A DNA stretch of 64,000 nucleotides. It comes from a virus (Duplodnaviria; Caudoviricetes). Position 1 is the stretch's first letter, and every line of letters begins with the position of its first letter. The notes under the pieces are model-generated. The model was not told the DNA's origin, did not search any database, and was given only the letters and a program-made list of their open reading frames with translations. Below are positions 17,447 to 25,997 of the stretch, piece after piece. The stretch is from IMG/VR virus record IMGVR_UViG_3300049573_000247, positions 77,155-141,154 of that record. The stretch is one strand, 5' to 3'. The translations under genes were made by a program, and so were the position numbers.

Positions 17447-19183
17447 ATGCCGGTAACCGTGAACACTGACCTGCCGCTGCACCCGGAGCGCGACACCGCC
17501 TGGGACGGCGACGCCGCCCGTGCCGCGATGGCCCGCCGCTGCTCCTCCGAAGACGGCGTCATGGCCGACTGCATGGGAGCCGGGTTCGTGTGGCGTGACG
17601 GCGACGCCAACGCCTCCACCATCGGCGCCTATTCGCTTCCAGTCGCCGACGTCTTCTCCGGCGATCTCCATCTGGTCCTGTCGGGCGTGCAGGCGGCGGC
17701 CAACGCCGTCTCCCCGGCTCGTGAGCCCGGTGGCCCCCGCGCCATGGGCGGCACTGAGGACGAGCTGAACCAGATGCGCTCGGCGATCGAGCGCATCCTC
17801 GCTCGCTTCGCCCGCGAATTCGACGACGACACCATCCGCGCCCCCTGGGAAGCAGAGCCCGAATCCGAACGCGCCTCGGGCGCCGCACCGGTAGCCGTTG
17901 CCGGATGCTGCGGCGGCTGCGGGTGCGCAGGCACCAAGACCACTGACAACACCGAGGCCCAGCGGCCCGAACCGAAGCAGGAGGGGGAGGCTGCTATGCC
18001 CGACATCGCCAGCGCCCAGAACATCGAACTGGGCCGTCCCCGAAGCCGCGTCATCCGCGCCTCGGCCACCGGCGGGGAATGGCGCCCGCCGGTCGACCAC
18101 TTCGCCAACCCGCACCTGAATGAGCCGACCAAGCTGACCGTCACCGCTGACGGCAGGGTCTACGGCCACCTCGCGACCTGGGACCAGCCGCATATCGGCT
18201 ATGACGGCAAGCTCGTCTACCCGCCGCGCAACCGCGATGGTGCCTACGGCTACTTCCGGCAGTCGCAGGTCGTCACCGCCGACGGCTCGGTCGTCCCGGT
18301 CGGGATTCTCACCATGAACACCGGTCACGCCGACGAGTCGCTCTCGGCCGACGCCGCCGCCGCGCACTACGACAACACCGGCACGATGATGGCCGCCGTC
18401 AACGTCGGCGAAGACTCGATCGGCATCTGGCTGGCCGGTTCGATGCTGCCCGATGTGTCTCCAGAACTGCGCAACCGCTTCTCGCTGGCGCGCGTCTCCG
18501 GCGACTGGCGCCAGCCCAAGCCCGGCGCGCCGCTCGAACTCATCGCCGCGCTCAGCGTGCCCAACCCGGGTTTCCCCGTCCGGCAAAGCGCTGAGTTGCT
18601 GGCGTCCGACCGCCTGACGCTCGCTGCTTCCGGACTGGTCAAGGCCGAGGCTGGGGAGATCCGCACCTTCATCTGCGCCGGTGCGACCGTCGTCGATGAA
18701 GCCCAGCAGGCCGCGCTCACTGACGCCGTCCGCACCGCGATCGGCCCCGACTTCATCAACCAGGTAAAAGACGCCGTCATCGAAGCGATCAAGTCGCAGG
18801 CTGACCTCGCTCCGAAGGAAGCCGAACCGGTTCCTCCCGTGGCTCCTGCTGCTCCGGCCGCTCCAGAAGCGCCAGCGACGGACGCCCCGGTCGAGCCTGC
18901 GGCCGAAACGGCCACCGAGGCCCCGGCCGAGGAGGAGCTGCCAGGACAGGACCCGCTGCCGATGCCCGAACCAGCTCCCGCTGACGCCGCCGCAGCGGCC
19001 ACCGACGCGGGGGGTGCCGGTGTGCTTCCTGCCGTGGACTCTGCCGCCGCACCGGCACCGCCCGTTCCCGCTGAAGCCGCGCAGGTCGCCGCCAGCGCCC
19101 TGGCGAAGCACCTGCTCAAGCATCGGTCCATCACGGCCCGGCAGAAGCTGCTCGCTGCTGCAGGGCGAGGAAAAAAAGCCTGA
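17447..19183 (+). CDS. capsid maturation protease / scaffold-type protein
   Basis: Between portal and capsid; WDG..A..Y.LP.ADV N-domain, GRVYGHLA.W, GED..GIW.AG, SGDWR, V.NPGFP; Pro/Ala/Glu-rich tail. Confidence 0.75.
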   Translation: MPVTVNTDLPLHPERDTAWDGDAARAAMARRCSSEDGVMADCMGAGFVWRDGDANASTIGAYSLPVADVFSGDLHLVLSGVQAAANAVSPAREPGGPRAMGGTEDELNQMRSAIERILARFAREFDDDTIRAPWEAEPESERASGAAPVAVAGCCGGCGCAGTKTTDNTEAQRPEPKQEGEAAMPDIASAQNIELGRPRSRVIRASATGGEWRPPVDHFANPHLNEPTKLTVTADGRVYGHLATWDQPHIGYDGKLVYPPRNRDGAYGYFRQSQVVTADGSVVPVGILTMNTGHADESLSADAAAAHYDNTGTMMAAVNVGEDSIGIWLAGSMLPDVSPELRNRFSLARVSGDWRQPKPGAPLELIAALSVPNPGFPVRQSAELLASDRLTLAASGLVKAEAGEIRTFICAGATVVDEAQQAALTDAVRTAIGPDFINQVKDAVIEAIKSQADLAPKEAEPVPPVAPAAPAAPEAPATDAPVEPAAETATEAPAEEELPGQDPLPMPEPAPADAAAAATDAGGAGVLPAVDSAAAPAPPVPAEAAQVAASALAKHLLKHRSITARQKLLAAAGRGKKA

Positions 19184-19218
19184 CCGCCGCCCCGCCGCCC
19201 AGCGCGGTGGGGTGGGTC
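19171..19218 (+). promoter_or_regulatory. putative -1 ribosomal frameshift signal (A AAA AAA plus hairpin)
   Basis: In-frame GGA AAA AAA GCC TGA; stem 19189-19198/19204-19213; -1 frame joins ORF 19207-19512. Confidence 0.65.
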
Positions 19219-19512
19219 GACCTTCCCGGTGAACGGAACTGGGTAGATCGGTCGGGCGGTACCCAATCGGATCTCAAAGACGTCGCCTTGCACCTCATGG
19301 CGAAGGGCATGACGCAGTCGCATGCGATCGCGGTGGCCACGAACGTCATCCGGCGCTGGTGCCGGGGCGGCGCTTCCGGCAATCCCGGCGACAACCTCAA
19401 CTGGCCTGGCAGGCAGCAGGCCACGTTGAAAACGCGGATCAAAGGCTGCAAAGCGGTTCTGGAATACAACGCGAAACGGGCGTTGGCGAAGGCACGTTCG
19501 GCCGCGCGGTAG
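19207..19512 (+). CDS. phage head-associated domain, probably made as a frameshift extension
   Basis: NWV...GG...L..KGM..S.AIA.A.N...WC motif; no RBS before its GTG. Confidence 0.7.
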   Translation: MGWVDLPGERNWVDRSGGTQSDLKDVALHLMAKGMTQSHAIAVATNVIRRWCRGGASGNPGDNLNWPGRQQATLKTRIKGCKAVLEYNAKRALAKARSAAR

Positions 19513-19535
19513 CGGCAGGCAGGAAGGACAGATCG

Positions 19536-19727
19536 ATGTGCGGTTGCTCCAAGAACGCCGCTGGTGGCGGCAGTGTCTGGTCGTCGAATCGGACGCGGTG
19601 GCAGGTGGTGACGCCTTCGGGTGCTCGGGTGACGTACGGGCGTCGTGAAGACGCGGTGCGGCATGCGGAGATCCACAATGGCACCGTTGAAGAGATTCGC
19701 CCCGGTATGACCCTTAAGAAAGCTTAG
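19536..19727 (+). CDS. small MCGC-start head-region protein
   Basis: AGGAAGGA RBS; typical small gene before the capsid gene in this phage type. Confidence 0.7.
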   Translation: MCGCSKNAAGGGSVWSSNRTRWQVVTPSGARVTYGRREDAVRHAEIHNGTVEEIRPGMTLKKA

Positions 19728-19883
19728 TACACTTTCGAGAGCTAAATGTCTGATTTACCGTTTGCTGTGGTAATGTCCGTTTTATCCAGTGTCTGGGGCG
19801 TGGGTGACCAGGCACTGAGCGGACCGCTGGCGTGAGGGCCGGGGACGACAGCGACGCGCCCACTCCACATCCGGAGATACGAC

Positions 19884-21635
19884 ATGACGCTCGACGAACT
19901 CATCGAGGCGCTCGCCGGTCTCGATGCCGAGGAGCGGCTCGCGCGAATCGAGCAGCTCGTCGGCGAAGTCTCTGAAGACGACCTGGCCACCATCCGCGAC
20001 GCCGCCATCGAAGCCGCGCAGGCCTACATCGACGAAGTCCCCAGCGACGAGGCGTCCATCGCCCGCGCTGAGGCGCTGACGGTGATCCTCGACGCGATCG
20101 ACCGGCGCACTGGCGACGCGGAGACCGAGACCGAAGCCACCGAAGCCGAGGAAGCCGACCTCGAAGCCACTGCTGCCCGTGCGGCTTCGGCTGAAGAGGT
20201 GGCCGAGCCCGCCCGCGAAGGCGAACTCGTCGCCGCTGATGGAGCTCCGCAGACCCAGAAGGCGAGTAATCAGATGCCGATCCCGCTGGCCCAGGCCGCC
20301 TCCGTCGCTCCGACGCAGGCGAGCGCAGCCGATCGCACCGACCGTGTGAAGCACACCGTCGTGGCCGCAGGCGACCTTCCCGACTATCGCGGGGGCACCG
20401 AGCTGCCGGACACCAAGGCCATCGCCGCCGCCGTCCAGGCCGGTATGACCGTCGTCTCCCGGTCGCAGGCCCCGGGCGTGCGACAGGGCCTGTGCTCCAT
20501 CAAGCGCGAGGCGCCCGATCACCTCAACTACACCGGTGCCTCGGACTGGCTCAAAGTCGACGAGGTCACCAACCAGAAGAACCTCCCGGGGAAGTCGCTC
20601 GTCGCCGCTGGCGGATGGTGCGCCCCTTCCGAGGTGCTTTATGACGTTTGTCCCATTCCGGTGTCGCGTGACGGCATGGTCGACCTGCCGACCATCACCG
20701 CCACGCGCGGCGGTGTCAAGTACTCGCGTCGGCCCGACTTCGCCCCGTTCTGGTCCCTCGTGGGCTTTGAACAGACGGAAACGGACGCTATCGCTGGAGT
20801 TGAGAAGCCTTGCTTCGAAATTCCGTGTCCTGATGATTTGTCCGAATGCCGGATGGACATCGAGGGCATCTGCCTCGTGCAGCCGCTGCTCACCGAGCGC
20901 GGTTGGCCAGAGAAGGTCGAGGAGTTCGTCGAGTACGCGATGCTCGCGCACGCCCACCGCATCAACGCCCGGCGCATCGAGCGCATGGTCGACATGGCCA
21001 CCTGGGCCATCACCGTCCCGGGCCCGACCCGCAGCCCCGCTGACAACACACTGCCCTCCACGGGCATTACCGTCGACGACCACGGCCCGGGCGCATTCGA
21101 GTCGCTCCTGAGCGTCCTCGAACTGCAGGTCGAGTTCTTCCGCTACTCCATGCGCCTTTCCCGCAGCGCGCTGCTGGAAGGCATGGCGCCGTACTGGCTG
21201 CGCGGCCTGCTCCGCGCTGACATCTCGAAGAAGCTCGGGATCGACAACCGCTGGGGCATCGCCACCGACGAGATCCTCGACCGGTGGTTCGCCGACCGTG
21301 GTGTCCGAATTCAGTGGGTTTATGACTGGCAGGACAGTATGTCCGAGCAGGACCCCGCTGCGTTCGGCGGCACGCCGCCCACCGCATGGCCTGACGAGGT
21401 CTCGATCCTCCTGTGGGAGCCGGGCACCTACTTCGCGCTCCAGCAGGACGTCATCAACCTCACCGGGGTGTACGACCGCATCGACCTGCAGCGCAACGTC
21501 TACACGCGCCTTTTCACCGAAGAGGGATTCGCGGTGTGCGCCCGTTGCGGTCGCAGCATGCTCATCACCATCCCACTGTGCCCGAACGGCCTGTCCGGCT
21601 CTCAGGAGCTGACCGTCTGCTCGACGACCGCGTAA
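19884..21635 (+). CDS. major capsid protein (hexamer type) with N-terminal scaffold-like region
   Basis: SLVAAGGWCAPSE..YD, RGGVKY, K.C.EIPCP, QWVYDWQ, Y..LFTEEG motifs recalled from cluster B-type capsids. Confidence 0.88.
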   Translation: MTLDELIEALAGLDAEERLARIEQLVGEVSEDDLATIRDAAIEAAQAYIDEVPSDEASIARAEALTVILDAIDRRTGDAETETEATEAEEADLEATAARAASAEEVAEPAREGELVAADGAPQTQKASNQMPIPLAQAASVAPTQASAADRTDRVKHTVVAAGDLPDYRGGTELPDTKAIAAAVQAGMTVVSRSQAPGVRQGLCSIKREAPDHLNYTGASDWLKVDEVTNQKNLPGKSLVAAGGWCAPSEVLYDVCPIPVSRDGMVDLPTITATRGGVKYSRRPDFAPFWSLVGFEQTETDAIAGVEKPCFEIPCPDDLSECRMDIEGICLVQPLLTERGWPEKVEEFVEYAMLAHAHRINARRIERMVDMATWAITVPGPTRSPADNTLPSTGITVDDHGPGAFESLLSVLELQVEFFRYSMRLSRSALLEGMAPYWLRGLLRADISKKLGIDNRWGIATDEILDRWFADRGVRIQWVYDWQDSMSEQDPAAFGGTPPTAWPDEVSILLWEPGTYFALQQDVINLTGVYDRIDLQRNVYTRLFTEEGFAVCARCGRSMLITIPLCPNGLSGSQELTVCSTTA

Positions 21636-21650
21636 GGAAGCCGTAACTCG

Positions 21651-23078
21651 ATGCTCAGGTTCCGAGTCGATCCGCCAACCGTGCAGCCAGTGCCGCACGG
21701 GCTGCTCGACGTGGCCGAGGTCGTCACCCGTGACGACCCGCACTGGCGCACGGGCATCGAATACGACAGCTACGCCTGCACGCAGGCGAAACTGTGGGGG
21801 CGCTGGTGTACCGCCATCGGTACGCCAGCGACCCTCCCGGACGCGCGGACCATCGCGATCGCACTGACGGGGCAACTGACAGCGGGCACCTATTCGATGT
21901 TGGGGGCCGCCGGGGACAACGACGGTCCACGGCAGCTGCTGTTCACCTACTACGACGAGGGCGTCCCCACCGAAACGGCCTACGTGACTGGCACCGCGCC
22001 GGTCACCGTCGCATCGGATGACGAGCCGCTCAACGGGCACTTGGTGATCACCGACGTGCTCACCGGGCTGCACGTGGACTGGAACATCGTCCAAGACGCC
22101 ACTACCGGGGAGATCACCCACCCCGGTGAAGAGGCGATCCTGTGGCAGGTGCCCCAGCCCGCGATCCCCGAGGGCTGCGAGTCGATCACCACCACCATCA
22201 CCGCCCAGGACGCCACGCCCGCCGAAGGAGTGGCCTTCGCCATCACCTCGGCGGGTGTCGTCACCAGCGAGCGAGCCGTCACCATCGCCGGACACCGCGT
22301 CGTACTCGACGCCGGTGACACCGAGGGCGCACTGGTCATCGCCAGCGGCGTCGGCGAAGGCGTATGGCCGATCTCCGTCCACGACATCGACTCCGGTTCG
22401 TTCGTCTCCGGGTGGATCTACATCGACGACACGCTTGCCGGGACCGCTGTGCTCCTGCAAGCAACCTGCCCCGTCAAAGAAATCCGGTCGGCGCCGTGGA
22501 CGACGCTGTTCGCCCCGGCCTGGACCGTCTATGCCGAGGTCCAGTGCCAATCGATGGCGTTCGACGACGCGGCGGCCTCGGCCTCCGACGTCTTCGCGCT
22601 GGCTGAGGCGAAGGTCGTGGAGGCCTCCTGGTGGGACCTTGCTTTCGACCGGGCCCGCACGATTGGCACTGGGCTCTCGATTCCGGCCGCTATCGCCGAG
22701 TTGGAGCACTACCTCGCTGTCAACTACAACGGGCTCGGGATTATCCACGTGCCTGTCTACATGGCGGCGTGGCTGGGCAGCGTGTGGGGGACGTTCACGC
22801 GCGGCCAGAGCCTTACCGAGCACGGTGTCCTGCACACCTTGCGCGGCACGCCCGTCGTCGTCGGCTCGGGCTACCCGCGTCAAGGCGACCCCGCCGGAGC
22901 AGGCGTCGCCATCATGGCCACCGGCGCTGTGCGCCTCTACCGGTCCGGCGTCGAGGTCATCTCGACGATCGACCGCCGCACCAACCTCCGATCCGCTGTC
23001 GCCGAGCGGACCTATGCCGCCGCTGACGACTGCGTGCAACCGGCAGTCGCTTTCGTGGATGTGGAGGCCACCACGTGA
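21651..23078 (+). CDS. second capsid protein (pentamer type) with a large internal insertion
   Basis: P..HGLL.VA....D.HW..G..Y...C, VY....C, E...VE...W, GTPVVVGSGY, N....AERTY....DC. Confidence 0.7.
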   Translation: MLRFRVDPPTVQPVPHGLLDVAEVVTRDDPHWRTGIEYDSYACTQAKLWGRWCTAIGTPATLPDARTIAIALTGQLTAGTYSMLGAAGDNDGPRQLLFTYYDEGVPTETAYVTGTAPVTVASDDEPLNGHLVITDVLTGLHVDWNIVQDATTGEITHPGEEAILWQVPQPAIPEGCESITTTITAQDATPAEGVAFAITSAGVVTSERAVTIAGHRVVLDAGDTEGALVIASGVGEGVWPISVHDIDSGSFVSGWIYIDDTLAGTAVLLQATCPVKEIRSAPWTTLFAPAWTVYAEVQCQSMAFDDAAASASDVFALAEAKVVEASWWDLAFDRARTIGTGLSIPAAIAELEHYLAVNYNGLGIIHVPVYMAAWLGSVWGTFTRGQSLTEHGVLHTLRGTPVVVGSGYPRQGDPAGAGVAIMATGAVRLYRSGVEVISTIDRRTNLRSAVAERTYAAADDCVQPAVAFVDVEATT

Positions 23079-23141
23079 TCATCGATGTCCGATTTATCCA
23101 TACAACTACCGCTCTGTCGGTGTTGAGCGGGGAGGGCCGTC

Positions 23142-24671
23142 ATGGCTGAGACTTCTACCGTCCGAGGCAGGATGGCGCGGTTCACGCGCCTCGACGAGCT
23201 GGGACGCCCGCTGTACGGCATGGGCAACCAGGCCGTCACCAAAGGCATCATTTCGGTCACCTATACCCCCAACGTCACCGAGGGTGAAGCCACCTCGGTC
23301 ACCAACTTCGCCGGTGAGCAGTGCATCTCGGCGCCAGCGCCGTGCGCGACCATCGACAACTGGACCGTGGCTGTCGAATTCTGCGCAGTCGACCCATGTG
23401 TCGTGTTGATGATCTACCCATCCTGGATTCCGATTTACGACGATTTCGGGTCGATCAAGGGTTTCCAGATCGTCGGCGGTTTGAGCTGCGACGTTGGCTT
23501 CGCCCTGGAGATCTGGGGCCAGATCGGTTCGGCCGGGTCCTCGATCCAGTGCGGCCCAGGCGCCGTCTCGGGCTCCACCTACTGGCTCGCACCCCGCCTG
23601 GTCGGCGCCGCCCCAGGCGAAATCACGATCAGTAACGAGGCCACGTCGTTCACGTTCAACGGCACCACGACCTCGCCGGTCGGCTGGCGTCGCGGTCCCT
23701 ACTTGGTCGACATCGTCGACGGCGTTCCGTCGGTCCTGCGCGACCCGGTCGACAGCGCTGCACAGCTGGTCGAGTTCACCACGCAGGTGCGTCCGCCCGA
23801 GCCCACCAACGGATGCGTGGAGCTGCCACGCCCGGTCCCGGAGGAGGCCAGCGTCATCATCGACCGCGTCCCCACGGACGCGACCGGCATGTGCGCGCGT
23901 CTCATCATCGACAACCACGGATTCGGGCCCGTCACAGTCAACTGGGGCGACGGCACCGACCCCGAGACCAGCGGCGACTGCTCGACCATCACTCACTGCT
24001 ACACGACGCCAGGCACCTACACGGTGTGCGTCGCTGACCAGCAGACCCCGGCGATCTCGACCTGCCGCGAGATCGTCGTGCCGATGCCATCCGATCAGCC
24101 GACCATGACCGTGGCAGTCGATCCGACCGACGACATGTGCGTCATCGCGACCATCGACATGCCACCGCAGTCGGATGGGCGCGTGGAGATCACCTGGGGC
24201 GACGACACCGCTGCTTCGACCGTCGAAGTCACGCCCGGAACACCGGTCGAGGTGTCGCACTGCTACTCGACGCCGGGCGTCTACACCATCCGGGCCGTCC
24301 GCGTGGAGCAGCCGGACTACTACGCCACCGCAACCGTCGTGGTGCCGGTCATTCCGAACCCAATGGTGTCCGCCGCCGTCGACGGCCAGATGGTCACGCT
24401 GACCGTCGACAACAACGGCAACGGTCTCACCACTGTGGAGTGGGGCGACGGCGCCACGACCTCCGGCCCGAACACGGACGGAGGAACCGTCCAGCACACC
24501 TACGCGGCAGACGGCGTCTATTCGATCACGGTCACCTCGGTGTCCAACCCACTCTCGACCACCACGGTGCAGGTCACCGTCGGCGCCGCTCCAGGCCTGC
24601 AGGCCGGAGTCGACGCCGATGGAGGCGATGTGTCGGGCATGACGGTCGACGTCACCTGGAACAACGCTTAG
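23142..24671 (+). CDS. major tail protein with three C-terminal PKD/Ig domains plus a half domain
   Basis: VRG...R.TRLD..G.P, N..GE.C, FC.VDP, FALE.W; three W-G-D...H.Y...G.Y repeats. Confidence 0.85.
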   Translation: MAETSTVRGRMARFTRLDELGRPLYGMGNQAVTKGIISVTYTPNVTEGEATSVTNFAGEQCISAPAPCATIDNWTVAVEFCAVDPCVVLMIYPSWIPIYDDFGSIKGFQIVGGLSCDVGFALEIWGQIGSAGSSIQCGPGAVSGSTYWLAPRLVGAAPGEITISNEATSFTFNGTTTSPVGWRRGPYLVDIVDGVPSVLRDPVDSAAQLVEFTTQVRPPEPTNGCVELPRPVPEEASVIIDRVPTDATGMCARLIIDNHGFGPVTVNWGDGTDPETSGDCSTITHCYTTPGTYTVCVADQQTPAISTCREIVVPMPSDQPTMTVAVDPTDDMCVIATIDMPPQSDGRVEITWGDDTAASTVEVTPGTPVEVSHCYSTPGVYTIRAVRVEQPDYYATATVVVPVIPNPMVSAAVDGQMVTLTVDNNGNGLTTVEWGDGATTSGPNTDGGTVQHTYAADGVYSITVTSVSNPLSTTTVQVTVGAAPGLQAGVDADGGDVSGMTVDVTWNNA

Positions 24672-24680
24672 GAGGCTGCC

Positions 24681-25982
24681 ATGACCGTCCAGATTCAATG
24701 GGACGCTGACGCACCGCTGACGGGGCAGCCCGATGCGGGCACGGCGACGAAGGTCTACACGACCGCTGGCCCTGGGACGGTGACGATCACCGACGAGGCC
24801 ATCGGCGGTGACAGCGTCACTCTCGAATACACGGTGCCGCTCGACCTCACCACGGTCGTAGCGACGCCTGATGCTGTCGACTCGGCTGGGAACCTCGCGG
24901 CGCGCACGATCTCCGTCGCGGGCCAGGGCTTCCCGGCCAACACGGCGGGCACTGTCGCCATCGCCACCGGTGTTCCTGGTGCGTTCGGGACGACCCTGGT
25001 GTCCACCTCAGCCGCCACCAACGCCTCGGGGATCTTCACCGATGTGGACGTGGTGGTCCCCAGCGACTCTGCCGCTGGTGATTACCACCTGGAAGTCAGC
25101 TTCGGTGCCATCGTGGACCTGTCGGAAGCGATCACGCTGACCAACACCGAGCTGACCGCACCGACTGGGCTCGCGTCGCCATCGCAGACACCAACCACCG
25201 TCACGCTTACGTGGACGGCAGTCCCCGAGGCGGAAACGTACGTGGTGCGTCGTTCGCCTGCAGGCGTTGGCACGTGGACGGAGCGGCCTCCTGTTGCGGC
25301 GCTCACGGATACCGTCACCGGCCTGACGGCGTCGACGAACTACGACTTCCAGGTCAAAGCGCAGGCGGTCGGTTCGACCGACTCTCCGTGGTCGACGACG
25401 TTCACGCAGGCCACGCCAGCGCAGCCGGTCCTGGATGCCCCGTTGAACCCGGCGACCGGAACGCCGACGACAACGGAGATCCCGTTCTCGTGGGATGCGG
25501 TCACCGACGCCGAGACGTACACCGTGGAGTACCGGATCAGTCCGGCTGGGGCGTGGACGTCCATCTCCGGCATTGCCACGACCAGTACCACCGTTACCGG
25601 ACTCGACCCGAACACCACATACGACCTGCACGTCAAGGCCGTTGCCAGCGGGTTCACCGATTCTCCGTTCTCGGCGACGGTCACCGAATCGACCGACGCG
25701 CTCGGGACGCTGACGACTCCGGCCACGCCGACGTCGTCGGGGCAGACGGCGACCACGGTCACCGTCAACTGGACGTCGGTCGCCAACGCCGAGCAGTACC
25801 TCGTTCGCTGGTCGCCCGCCGGTGCGGGCACCTGGACCGAACGGCCAGCGGTCGCAACGCTGACAGACACGGTCACCGGTCTGGCGGCATCGACCAGCTA
25901 CGACTTCCAAGTCAAGGCCATGGCCGCCGGATGGGTTGACAGTTCCTTCTCCGCATCGCTGACCCAGTCCACTACCGCTTAA
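24681..25982 (+). CDS. virion accessory protein: N-terminal half-PKD, Ig-like domain, 3 FN3 domains
   Basis: Three L.W..V..A..Y.V...GL...T.YDFQVKA repeats; AGGAGG RBS. Confidence 0.85.
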   Translation: MTVQIQWDADAPLTGQPDAGTATKVYTTAGPGTVTITDEAIGGDSVTLEYTVPLDLTTVVATPDAVDSAGNLAARTISVAGQGFPANTAGTVAIATGVPGAFGTTLVSTSAATNASGIFTDVDVVVPSDSAAGDYHLEVSFGAIVDLSEAITLTNTELTAPTGLASPSQTPTTVTLTWTAVPEAETYVVRRSPAGVGTWTERPPVAALTDTVTGLTASTNYDFQVKAQAVGSTDSPWSTTFTQATPAQPVLDAPLNPATGTPTTTEIPFSWDAVTDAETYTVEYRISPAGAWTSISGIATTSTTVTGLDPNTTYDLHVKAVASGFTDSPFSATVTESTDALGTLTTPATPTSSGQTATTVTVNWTSVANAEQYLVRWSPAGAGTWTERPAVATLTDTVTGLAASTSYDFQVKAMAAGWVDSSFSASLTQSTTA

Positions 25983-25997
25983 GAGAGGAGAGCCGCT

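Noticed and set aside
21633-21653. Read-through fusion of the two capsid genes (also 25980-25998)
   Set aside because: In-frame spacing occurs one time in three by chance; the stops are TAA, downstream genes have an RBS, and no domain is split.
19782-23039. 1085-aa minus-strand ORF, and similar ones at 17414-19123, 23106-24698, 30022-31488, 37401-39314
   Set aside because: Antisense shadows of real high-GC genes; no motifs or RBS.
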